64,000 nt of DNA, taken from an uncultured Gemmatimonadales bacterium (GTDB taxonomy: Bacteria > Gemmatimonadota > Gemmatimonadetes > Gemmatimonadales > GWC2-71-9). Of this stretch, positions 56,816 through 64,000 are shown piece by piece. The notes beneath the pieces were generated by a model. The model was not told where the DNA came from and ran no database searches. It saw nothing but the letters and a program-made list of their open reading frames with translations. The stretch lies in contig CAWGSK010000030.1 of NCBI GenBank assembly GCA_963825055.1, positions 18,882 through 82,881 of the forward strand, in the 5' to 3' direction. The translations under genes and the position numbers were made by a program. The number at the start of each line of letters is the position of its first letter. The first letter of the stretch is position 1.

Positions 56816-56878
56816 ACCGCGGTGCCGCCGGGGGTATGTTCGACCCCTGACGAACCCCGACACCGAGGCCCTGCCTTC

Positions 56879-58039
56879 ATGGATACAACCACTGCCGCTC
56901 CCGCACTCACGACCCTGTCGGAAGAGGAGGAGCTTTTCCGCGACACCGTCCGCGATTTCGCACAGACCGAGATCGCCCCGCATGTCCACGCCATGGACCA
57001 GGAGGCGAAGTTCCGTCCGGATCTCATCCCGAAGTTTTTCGAACTTGGCCTCATGGGTATCGAGATCCCCGAGCAGTACGGCGGGGCCGGCGGCAACATC
57101 TTCCTCGCAACCCTGGCCATCGAGGAGCTCGCCCGGGTTGACGCATCCGCCGCCATTTATGTCGACGTCCACAACACGCTGGTGAACAACTGCGTCCTCC
57201 GCTGGGGCAACAAGGAGCAGCACACCCGGTACCTGCCCCGGCTGGCCAGTGGCATGCTGGGCGCCTTCGCCCTCTCCGAGCCCGGGAGCGGAAGTGACGC
57301 CTTCGCGCTCGCCACGCGCGCGGAAGAGCGGGACGACCACTGGGAGCTTACTGGCCGGAAATTCTGGATCACTAACGGCGCCGAGGCGGAGTTCTACATC
57401 GTCTTCGCGAACGAAGATCCGGCCAAGGGGTACAAGGGCATCACCGGTTTCATGGTGGAGCGGGATTTCGAGGGGTTCAGCGTCGGCAAGAGGGAGGACA
57501 AGCTGGGCATCCGGGCGTCCAGCACCACCGAACTGATCCTGGAGAAGTGCCGGGTACCGAAGGAGAACGTCCTCGGGCCTGTCGGGAAGGGATACAAGGT
57601 CAGTATCGAGACGCTGAACGAAGGCCGTATCGGAATCGGCGCGCAGATGATCGGCGTGGCTACCGGGGCCCTCGAGGCCGCCACGGCCTACGTCCAGGAG
57701 CGGGAGCAGTTCGGCCGGAAGATCAGTGAATTCCAGGCCGTGCAGTTCCAGCTGGCCCAGATGGCCACCGAACTGGAAGCTGCGCGGCTCATGGTCTACA
57801 ACGCCGCCCGCCTCAAGGATATGGGGCGCCCGTTCCTCCGCGAGGCCGCGATGGCCAAGCTGTACAGTTCACAGGTGGCCGATCATGTCACCTCCCAGAG
57901 CCTCGAGCTCTTCGGCGGCTACGGCTACTCGAAGGAGTACCCGGCGGAGAAATACTACCGCGATGCCAAGATCGGGACGATCTACGAAGGCACCAGCAAC
58001 ATGCAGCTCCAGACGATTGCGAAGCTGATGTTGCGGTAG
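56879..58039 (+). CDS. Acyl-CoA dehydrogenase
   Basis: From ATG 56879 the sequence reads MDTTTAAPALTTLSEEEELFRDTVRDFA... Further matches are FALSEPGSGSDA, the ACAD core, and C-terminal IYEGTSNMQLQTIAK. Confidence 0.9.
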   Translation: MDTTTAAPALTTLSEEEELFRDTVRDFAQTEIAPHVHAMDQEAKFRPDLIPKFFELGLMGIEIPEQYGGAGGNIFLATLAIEELARVDASAAIYVDVHNTLVNNCVLRWGNKEQHTRYLPRLASGMLGAFALSEPGSGSDAFALATRAEERDDHWELTGRKFWITNGAEAEFYIVFANEDPAKGYKGITGFMVERDFEGFSVGKREDKLGIRASSTTELILEKCRVPKENVLGPVGKGYKVSIETLNEGRIGIGAQMIGVATGALEAATAYVQEREQFGRKISEFQAVQFQLAQMATELEAARLMVYNAARLKDMGRPFLREAAMAKLYSSQVADHVTSQSLELFGGYGYSKEYPAEKYYRDAKIGTIYEGTSNMQLQTIAKLMLR

Positions 58040-58065
58040 CGTAACTCCTGTGGTGGCGCCCCCAC

Positions 58066-58096
58066 GGGGTCGGACGATTTAACCGTCCGGCCCCTT
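58066..58096 (+). terminator. Hairpin terminator candidate after the acyl-CoA dehydrogenase gene
   Basis: GGGGTCGGACG-ATTTAAC-CGTCCGGCCCC (one G:T pair), followed by TT. Confidence 0.45.
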
Positions 58097-58336
58097 CGCG
58101 TTTCGCAATTCGTTCGGGGGAATCTCCGCGAAGTGCGGCGTCCAGGTTGCCGCCTGATAAGGGGTTCCAGGAGGAAGCCAGCGGGGGGCTCCTGGGCCTG
58201 GATCTTGCTAGCCTGCAGGGTAGGTGTGAGATTCATCCGTCGGAAGCGGAAAACCGGTTCCGTACGAGGTGAAGGTCCCGCGGGCTCCCCACCGTCGGTC
58301 CAACGTAGCAGTCCCGTAGCTGGAGGCCGGTTCCTG

Positions 58337-59845
58337 GTGAAATCCCGGCGTGTTCTCTCTGTTGCCTTGTTCATGGCGGCCGCATCCGCGGCCGGGCCTC
58401 TGCACGCCCAGGTCCTCGGTCCAGACATGCGGGACCGCCTCGCCGACTGGTTTCGGACTTCGCAGCGGGTAGCCCCCGGACAGTGGGGGATCGCCATTGC
58501 CGACCAGGACGGGCGGCTCCTCTACGGAGTAGAGCCGCAGCAGATGCTCGTCCCTGCTTCCACTGTGAAGCTTTTCACCACCGGATACGCCCGAACCGTC
58601 CTGGGCAGCGATGCCCGGCTCAGCACACGGGTTCTCGGCCGCGGGATGCTGAATCCCGTCACCGGCACCTGGGAGGGCTCCTGGTCGCTTGAGGTGAACG
58701 GGGATCCGTCGCTGGAGAACCCGACCGGCGACGGGCCCCGTCTGGCCGACCTGGCCCGGCAGCTGGCCGACCGGGGCATCCGGCACTTGCGCGGCCCGCT
58801 TTCGGTTGTCAGCCTGGATGGGCTCAAGGCGGACGCGGAGTACCCCAGCACCTGGTCACCCAGGCATTGGGGCCGCCTCTTCGCCCCGCTGATCGGCCCG
58901 CTCACACTGCACGAGAACATCGTGTCGTTCACGCTCCGCCCCGCCGCCCGGGTCGGTGCCGCGCCGGAGATCGTCTCCGACGAGCCCCACGGGGTACGGA
59001 ACCTGGTCACGGTAAGAGCCCGCACCGTGTCGGGTCGCCGCAGTCAGCTGCGCCTGCAGTCGCGGGATGATGGCGGCTGGATCGTCTCCGGAACCATCGG
59101 CGCCCACGCCCGCACCCAGTACTTCGCCGCGGTGGCCTCCAACCCGAAGGCCGTCCTGGCCCGGGCCTGGGCGGCCGCCCTTGAGGAAGCAGGCGTCGAA
59201 TGGGTCCACACGGACCCGGACGAAGCCGCACCAGCCAGCTCCGAACCGTACGTCCTGGCCGAGGTTGCATCGCCCGTGTTCGACTCGGTGGCCAGCGAAG
59301 TCAATCGGCGGAGCCTGAACCTGGGTGCGGAACTCCTCCTCCAGTGGGCTGCGGGACGGTCCGGCGGGCCGGCGCTGCTGACCCGTCACGTCAAGGACAT
59401 CACCGGCGACTCGGCGGTCCACCTGGTGGACGGCAGCGGGCTCTCCGGTGAGGACCGCGCCTCGCCGATGATGTTCGTGCAGTACCTGGCCAGGCTGCCC
59501 CTGACCGAGGGAGGACGGAACTTCCCCATGCTCCTGCCGGCCAACGGGGTTGGGACGCTCAAGCGGCTCAGCACGGGTCTGCCGGAGCGTGGCGTGGTCC
59601 GCGCCAAGACCGGCACCCTGCGGGACGTCTCGGCGGTCACCGGATACCTCGGCCGGCCTGACGGCGTCCTCATCATTTCGCTCATGTACAACGGCAACAA
59701 GACCTACAACGCGCGCCAGCAGCAGTGGAGGCTTTTCCGCCTGCTGGGCGCCGACGGCGTCGCAATCCCGCGCGATACGCTCGTACCGGACGACATGCAG
59801 TTCGGTGGCGAGGATGAGGGTAGCACCGACGCCGTCAGCGACTGA
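58337..59845 (+). CDS. dacB: D-alanyl-D-alanine carboxypeptidase/endopeptidase, PBP4 (S13) family
   Basis: SxxK lies in PASTVKLFT. DGSGLS and KTGTL are also present. The probable GTG start at 58337 gives the signal VKSRRVLSVALFMAAASAAGPLHAQ. Track ORF 58133 begins upstream. Confidence 0.85.
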   Translation: MKSRRVLSVALFMAAASAAGPLHAQVLGPDMRDRLADWFRTSQRVAPGQWGIAIADQDGRLLYGVEPQQMLVPASTVKLFTTGYARTVLGSDARLSTRVLGRGMLNPVTGTWEGSWSLEVNGDPSLENPTGDGPRLADLARQLADRGIRHLRGPLSVVSLDGLKADAEYPSTWSPRHWGRLFAPLIGPLTLHENIVSFTLRPAARVGAAPEIVSDEPHGVRNLVTVRARTVSGRRSQLRLQSRDDGGWIVSGTIGAHARTQYFAAVASNPKAVLARAWAAALEEAGVEWVHTDPDEAAPASSEPYVLAEVASPVFDSVASEVNRRSLNLGAELLLQWAAGRSGGPALLTRHVKDITGDSAVHLVDGSGLSGEDRASPMMFVQYLARLPLTEGGRNFPMLLPANGVGTLKRLSTGLPERGVVRAKTGTLRDVSAVTGYLGRPDGVLIISLMYNGNKTYNARQQQWRLFRLLGADGVAIPRDTLVPDDMQFGGEDEGSTDAVSD

Positions 59846-59874
59846 CCCGCGTCAGGCGCAGATCCCGCTGGAGC

Positions 59875-59951
59875 AGGTCGAAAATCCAAGGTCGAAGGTC
59901 AGGGGTCGAATAGCTCTTCGACTTTCGACCTTCGACCTTCGACTTTCGCTT
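59875..59951. repeat. Heptad-repeat palindrome (AGGTCGA units) between convergent genes
   Basis: Left arm: AGGTCGA AAATCCA AGGTCGA AGGTCAG GGGTCGA A. Loop: TAGCTC. Right arm: TTCGACT TTCGACC TTCGACC TTCGACT TTCGCTT. Confidence 0.85.
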
Positions 59952-59960
59952 CTCAGCCTC

Positions 59961-60686
59961 TCACAGCATCAGGTGGGCCAGCTCCCGCCCCTCCGGCTTC
60001 GGCTGGTCGCCCTCCATCGGCTCCAGGGTCAGGGCCGCGCCCAGGACGGGCTCGTTGCCGGCGGGCATCCCCATGGTCAGGAGTGCCGGACGCCCCGGTC
60101 GGCTGTCGATGGTGGCGCCCCGGACCATGCCGTCGGGTCGGATGAACCAGAACTGGTAGACGTGCTCCGGGCCTGCGGGTGGCAGGCCATGCACCACGAC
60201 GTTCCAGCGGTGGGTGACCGGGTCGGCGAAGATCAGGAGGCCACCCTGGTGACCATCCATCGTGATCGAGGCCTGCATGACCCGCCCCGCATTTCGCATA
60301 ATCGAGAGAGTGTCGCGGACCGCGGCGAGCTCGACCCGCTCCGCCTCGAGATGCTGCTGCAGACGCTGACCCGCCGCCCGCCCACCGAGCCAGGCCCCGC
60401 CGGCCAGGAGCAGCCCGGCAACAGCGGCGGCCGTGGCCATGGCATTCCACCGCCAGCGACTTCCGCCGGCAGCCCGACCGAGAACCGCCGAACGAAACCC
60501 GGGAGGTGGTGCAGCGGGCGTGGCGGCCATGGGCAGCCAGCGCAGGTCACGCTCGATCTCCAGCACGGCCTCGCGACACTCCGCGCATCGCCGGAGATGA
60601 TCGGCGAAGGTACGTTCGGCCTCGGGATCGAGGCTCCGCGTCGCGTAGTCCGTCCGGTGCTCGACAAACCAGTCGTGCGAGTTCAT
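59961..60686 (-). CDS. Membrane anti-sigma factor (zf-HC2 N-terminus, RskA-like C-terminal domain)
   Basis: HLRRCAEC fits H-x3-C-x2-C. There is a central TM segment (AMATAAAVAGLLLAGGAWL). An ATGA overlap links it to the ECF sigma gene. Confidence 0.8.
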   Translation of the reverse strand: MNSHDWFVEHRTDYATRSLDPEAERTFADHLRRCAECREAVLEIERDLRWLPMAATPAAPPPGFRSAVLGRAAGGSRWRWNAMATAAAVAGLLLAGGAWLGGRAAGQRLQQHLEAERVELAAVRDTLSIMRNAGRVMQASITMDGHQGGLLIFADPVTHRWNVVVHGLPPAGPEHVYQFWFIRPDGMVRGATIDSRPGRPALLTMGMPAGNEPVLGAALTLEPMEGDQPKPEGRELAHLML

Positions 60687-61315
60687 CTGATCCAGTCCTT
60701 CAGGTGTGCCAGCGCCGGGCGCAGTTTGTCGAACGCCAGGCGCAGGCGGGTCTTGACGGTACCGATCGGCAGGTCGAGCCGTCCGGCGATCTCCGAATGG
60801 GTGAGCCCCTCGAAGTAGGAGAGGGCAACCACCCGCTGTTGCTCAGCGGGCAGGTCGTTCAAGGCAGCGTGGACCGCGTCATGCACGTGCCAGCCCGGCC
60901 GGGCGGCCTCGTTCGGCTCGACCGCACGATCAAACGGCTCGGTGGAACCGGCCTCCACCCGGACCCGCCGCAGCTTCCGCCGCCAGCGGCCCCGCGCCCG
61001 CAGCCGGTCAATGGCACGGTTGCGCGCCACGCGCATGAGCCAGGGCATGAGACCGTCAGCTTCCGGGTCCAGCAGGTGCGTCCGCCCCCAGAGAGTGACA
61101 AACGTGTCCTGCACCACCTCCTCCGCCTCATGCCGGTCGTGCAGCATTCCCTGCACAAGGCCGAGGAGCCACGGCGCGGCCACATCAATCAGCTCACCCA
61201 GCGCGTCTTCGTCGCCCCGCAGCAGCCGGTCGCGCAGGCCGCGCTCACGCTCGGCTGGTATCAGGCGGATCCCGCCCGCGCCGCTCTCCCGCCTCATGGA
61301 ACGTCCCATGCCCAT
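60683..61315 (-). CDS. ECF-type RNA polymerase sigma factor
   Basis: Motifs are EAEEVVQDTFVTLW, WLMRVARNRAIDRLR and LTHSEIAGRLDLPIGTVKTRLRLA. The start is ATG 61315, 61309 or 61297. The upstream part of the track ORF would run into the aminotransferase gene. Confidence 0.85.
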   Translation of the reverse strand: MGMGRSMRRESGAGGIRLIPAERERGLRDRLLRGDEDALGELIDVAAPWLLGLVQGMLHDRHEAEEVVQDTFVTLWGRTHLLDPEADGLMPWLMRVARNRAIDRLRARGRWRRKLRRVRVEAGSTEPFDRAVEPNEAARPGWHVHDAVHAALNDLPAEQQRVVALSYFEGLTHSEIAGRLDLPIGTVKTRLRLAFDKLRPALAHLKDWIR

Positions 61316-61346
61316 GAAACGAGCCGGAACCCGCGGGCAGTTTTCC

Positions 61347-62507
61347 TCACGCCGACAGGGGCCCCACGGCGCGCAGCCGTTCTGACGCCTGTTCCAGCAA
61401 TGGCAGGGTCTTACAGAATGCGAAGCGAACCATCGATCTCCCGCGCGACTGGTCATGGAAGAAGCTCGAGCCCGGCACCGGGGCCACGCCCACCTCCGAC
61501 GTAAGCCATCGGCTGAAGGTGGTATCGTCCTCTGCACTCAACGAGGAAAAGTCGGCCAGGACATAGTAGGCGCCCTCGGGCGGCACCAGATCGAACCCCG
61601 CATCGGCCAGGGCGCTGCAGAGCAGGTCCCGCCGTGCGCGATATCCGGACGCCAGGCCGTCGTAGTATGCCCGGTCCAGCTCTTCCAGGGCCACGGCGAC
61701 GCCGTCCTGAAGCGGTGCCGGGGCGCCCACGGTGAGAAAATCGTGGACCTTCCGGATGGCGCCGGTCAGGGCGGGCGGCGCGACAATCCAGCCCACCCGC
61801 CAGCCGGTGACACTGAACGTCTTGGAGGCCCCGCTGATGGTGACGGTCCGCTCCGCCATGCCCGGAAACGTGGCCAGCGGCCGGTGCTCTCCAGTGTACC
61901 GGATGTGCTCGTAGATCTCGTCGGTAAAGGCCAGCAGGTCATGCGTCCGGCAGAGGCTGGCGACGCCCTCCAGCTCGGCCGGGGTGAGCACGCGCCCCGA
62001 GGGGTTGCCCGGGGTATTGACGATGATCGCTCGCGTGCGCGGGGAGACGCTTTCCTTGAGCCGGTCCAGGTCGAGCGGCCGCCCCGGCTCCAGCGGTACG
62101 AACACGGGAGTCGCGCCACAGAGAATGGCGTCGGGTCCGTAATTCTCGTAGAACGGCTCCGGCACGATCACCTCGTCGCCCGGATCGACCAGGGCCAGCA
62201 GGGTGGACGCCATCGCTTCCGTCGCCCCGCATGTCACCGTCAGCATCGTCTCCGGGTCGACGGCCATGCCATACCATTCCCCGTAGCGGAGCGCGAGCAC
62301 CTCGCGCAGCCGCTTGCTCCCCCATGTGATCGCGTACTGGTTGACATCCGCCCGGATCGCCCGGCAAGCCGCCTCCTTCAGGGAATCCGGGGCGGGAAAG
62401 TCGGGGAAGCCCTGCGCCAGGTTGATGGCATCGTGCTGGCGCGCCAGGCGGGTCATTCCCCGGATGACGGACTCGTTGAAGGCGTGCGTGCGGCGAGCGG
62501 TGCGCAT
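61347..62507 (-). CDS. Class I/II pyridoxal-phosphate-dependent aminotransferase
   Basis: The PLP-lysine motif is SGASKTFSVTGWRVGW. NLAQGFPDF and IVNTPGNPSG are also present. Confidence 0.85.
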   Translation of the reverse strand: MRTARRTHAFNESVIRGMTRLARQHDAINLAQGFPDFPAPDSLKEAACRAIRADVNQYAITWGSKRLREVLALRYGEWYGMAVDPETMLTVTCGATEAMASTLLALVDPGDEVIVPEPFYENYGPDAILCGATPVFVPLEPGRPLDLDRLKESVSPRTRAIIVNTPGNPSGRVLTPAELEGVASLCRTHDLLAFTDEIYEHIRYTGEHRPLATFPGMAERTVTISGASKTFSVTGWRVGWIVAPPALTGAIRKVHDFLTVGAPAPLQDGVAVALEELDRAYYDGLASGYRARRDLLCSALADAGFDLVPPEGAYYVLADFSSLSAEDDTTFSRWLTSEVGVAPVPGSSFFHDQSRGRSMVRFAFCKTLPLLEQASERLRAVGPLSA

Positions 62508-62594
62508 TGCAGGTCTCGGGGGAAGGGGGCCCCGGCAAAATGGCCCCCCCGGTCAAGGACCGGGAGGGCCGGATTGATCACTCGCGGGAGGAAG

Positions 62595-62813
62595 TCAGCT
62601 GCGGCGGCCCGCCGTGACGAGCAACACGATACCACCCACAATGGCGATCCCGCCGATGATCGGGGGAATCGGAACCGTCTTGTTGTGCTCGGTGGTGATT
62701 TCCACCGGCCCGAGGTCGGTCGAGTCCTTGTCCCGGTATGTCACGCCCTGATAGATCAGCGCGAGAATGCCGCCGACAATGAGCACGATTCCGAGGATAC
62801 CCATGGGCTTCAT
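62595..62813 (-). CDS. Small two-TM membrane protein
   Basis: 72 aa (MKPMGILGIVLIVGGILALIYQGV...IGGIAIVGGIVLLVTAG). The start overlaps the stop of the upstream small gene (TGATG). Confidence 0.55.
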   Translation of the reverse strand: MKPMGILGIVLIVGGILALIYQGVTYRDKDSTDLGPVEITTEHNKTVPIPPIIGGIAIVGGIVLLVTAGRRS

Positions 62814-62998
62814 CAGCGGGCTCCGGAATGGGGCGTGTGGTCCATGCTGTGGAACTCACGGGTCCCCTGGAGCAGACGCACGACCGACAGGATGATGGCC
62901 AGAATCAGCAACCCGTGGATCAGGCCGCCGAAGGTTACCGAGAGTATGAGCCCGGCGAGCCAGAGAACGAGCAACAAGGCAATGACGACACTGAGCAT
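62813..62998 (-). CDS. lmo0937-family small membrane protein
   Basis: 61 aa. MLSVVIALLLVLWLAGLILSVTFGGLIHGLLILAIILSVVRLLQG matches the characteristic pattern of this family. Confidence 0.6.
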   Translation of the reverse strand: MLSVVIALLLVLWLAGLILSVTFGGLIHGLLILAIILSVVRLLQGTREFHSMDHTPHSGAR

Positions 62999-63165
62999 GC
63001 AATCTCCTGCATTGATGTGACAATGTGGGCCGAGTCCGGCCTCTGGTCATTGTGCTCCTCTGCGCGTGAAGTAGCCGTGACCCATATCACATGCCTCGGA
63101 TGGCCTGCTTTGCGGTCACCCTGCGGCCCCCCTTACATTCGGCCACCGCACTCATCGGGGGCCTG

Positions 63166-63363
63166 ATGGCTTCACCTGAACGACCGGCGCCATGGGCGCT
63201 GGCGGCGCTCGTGCATCTCGTCCTGCTGGCCTCGGTGCTCATCATGGCCGGGACCGCCTGGTTCCTGCGCACCTCAGGCATGATGGGGCCCGCCAGCCCC
63301 GATGACGGTGCCGGCCTCGGACTCCTGCTCTTCAGCGCCCCGGCCCGCATCGGACCCGCGTAA
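63166..63363 (+). CDS. Possible small membrane protein (weak call)
   Basis: Internal ATG of ORF 63091..63363 gives MASPERPAPWALAALVHLVLLASVLIMAGTAWFL... GC3 is high, but I see no RBS and recognise no family. Confidence 0.3.
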   Translation: MASPERPAPWALAALVHLVLLASVLIMAGTAWFLRTSGMMGPASPDDGAGLGLLLFSAPARIGPA

Positions 63364-63392
63364 CCACACCTTTCCCCTGACCCGGCACGGAA

Positions 63393-64000
63393 ATGCAGAA
63401 GACGTCCCTCACCTTTCTCGAACGACTGCTCGACAGCCCCGGCCCTTCCGGCTTCGAACGTGCCCCGGCCCGGATCTGGCGCGGCGAGGCGGAATCCATC
63501 GCGGACCTGGTCCGGGGCGATGTCGGCGGGAATTCCTACGCGACACTGAACGCCGAGGGCCGCCCGCGAGTGATGTTCGCGGGGCATATCGACGAGATCG
63601 GCATCATGGTGACCTGGATCGACGAGAACGGTTTCATCTTCTTCGACACGATCGGCGGGTGGGACCACCAGGTGTTCGTGGGACAGCGGATCCAGGTGCT
63701 CGGCCGCGACGGGCTCGTGCCGGGTGTGATCGGCAAGCAGGCGATCCACATGATCGACAAGGACGACCGCGACAAGGTCAGCAAGGCCTCCGATCTCTGG
63801 ATCGACATCGGGGCACAGGACCGTGCGGACGCCCAGTCCCGCGTGCGCGTGGGCGACGCGGGCGTGCTCGCGGCGGAGCTCCAGCACCTGCCCGGCGGCC
63901 GTCTCGTGAGCCGCAGCCTCGACAACCGGGTCGGCGCATTCGTGGTCCTCGAGGCGCTGCGGCTCCTTGCCGATGACCGTCCAGCCGCCGCCGTTACCGC
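63393..64000 (+). CDS. M42-family aminopeptidase (FrvX/YsdC-like), N-terminal part; runs off the window end
   Basis: My own translation from ATG 63393 gives MQKTSLTFLERLLDSPGPSGFERAPARIWRGEAE...MFAGHIDEIGIMVTWIDENGFIFFDTIGGWD...SLDNRVGAF. The frame stays open to base 64000. It is not in the ORF track because it is truncated. Confidence 0.8.
   Translation, partial: MQKTSLTFLERLLDSPGPSGFERAPARIWRGEAESIADLVRGDVGGNSYATLNAEGRPRVMFAGHIDEIGIMVTWIDENGFIFFDTIGGWDHQVFVGQRIQVLGRDGLVPGVIGKQAIHMIDKDDRDKVSKASDLWIDIGAQDRADAQSRVRVGDAGVLAAELQHLPGGRLVSRSLDNRVGAFVVLEALRLLADDRPAAAVT

Noticed and set aside
58150-58210. CCAGGAGGAAGCCAGC segment that superficially resembles the SRP RNA domain IV sequence
   Set aside because: The bases flanking GGAA cannot form the closing stem, and the symmetric-loop motifs are absent. 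It also lies in the probable 5' region of the PBP4 gene.
63087-63887. 266-aa minus-strand ORF near the window end
   Set aside because: It is antisense to a clear M42 aminopeptidase frame (63393..64000, plus strand), and its composition is low-complexity.

Overview
This is a very GC-rich bacterial chromosomal segment; third codon positions are almost always G or C. It is densely packed with about 65 protein-coding genes. I saw no rRNA, tRNA, CRISPR array, transposase or integrase. Most long ORFs lying antisense to real genes are GC artefacts. The gene content (PorV, a T9SS C-terminal sorting domain, a GWxTD protein, an Oar-like TonB-dependent barrel) suggests an FCB-group organism, plausibly Gemmatimonadota-like; this is inference only.

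Main blocks:
- 687-4528: a fused heme A/heme O synthase and a frameshifted MsbA-like ABC exporter.
- 4658-16512, minus strand: a five-gene envelope operon. It encodes an Oar-like TonB-dependent barrel, a 1293-aa protein with a T9SS sorting domain, PorV, a GWxTD protein and an IPT/PPC lipoprotein.
- 18571-24649, plus strand: a SigR/RsrA-like ECF sigma/anti-sigma pair, followed without gaps by DUF92, a lipoprotein and a translationally coupled lipid/polyketide-like cassette. The cassette is a geranylgeranyl-reductase-like flavoprotein, a flavin reductase, a methyltransferase, an SRPBCC protein and a FabF-like ketosynthase.
- 24735-28522: an aquaporin, ccmABC(D) with a co-transcribed receiver protein, and a STAS protein.
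- 28953-36778: acs, kup, a VKOR-DsbA pair, OsmC, a PgsA-like enzyme and a cNMP-binding protein.
- 36802-42153: a coupled TPR / ABC ATPase / membrane protein / M16 peptidase operon.
- The rest is housekeeping: P5C dehydrogenase, PAP2, CutA, Yip1, GNAT, soluble acyl-ACP desaturase, YggT/YggU, MetH, a YitJ-type MTHFR, acyl-CoA dehydrogenase, PBP4, a second ECF/anti-sigma pair, an aminotransferase and an M42 peptidase.

The most unusual non-coding signal is a set of five long imperfect palindromes at gene 3' ends. Their arms are built from short tandem units of 7, 8 or 9 nt, and two loci share the unit TAGTGAG. Stop/start overlaps (ATGA, GTGA, TGATG) are pervasive.

All functional calls come from reading the supplied or self-made translations. 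No database search was run.
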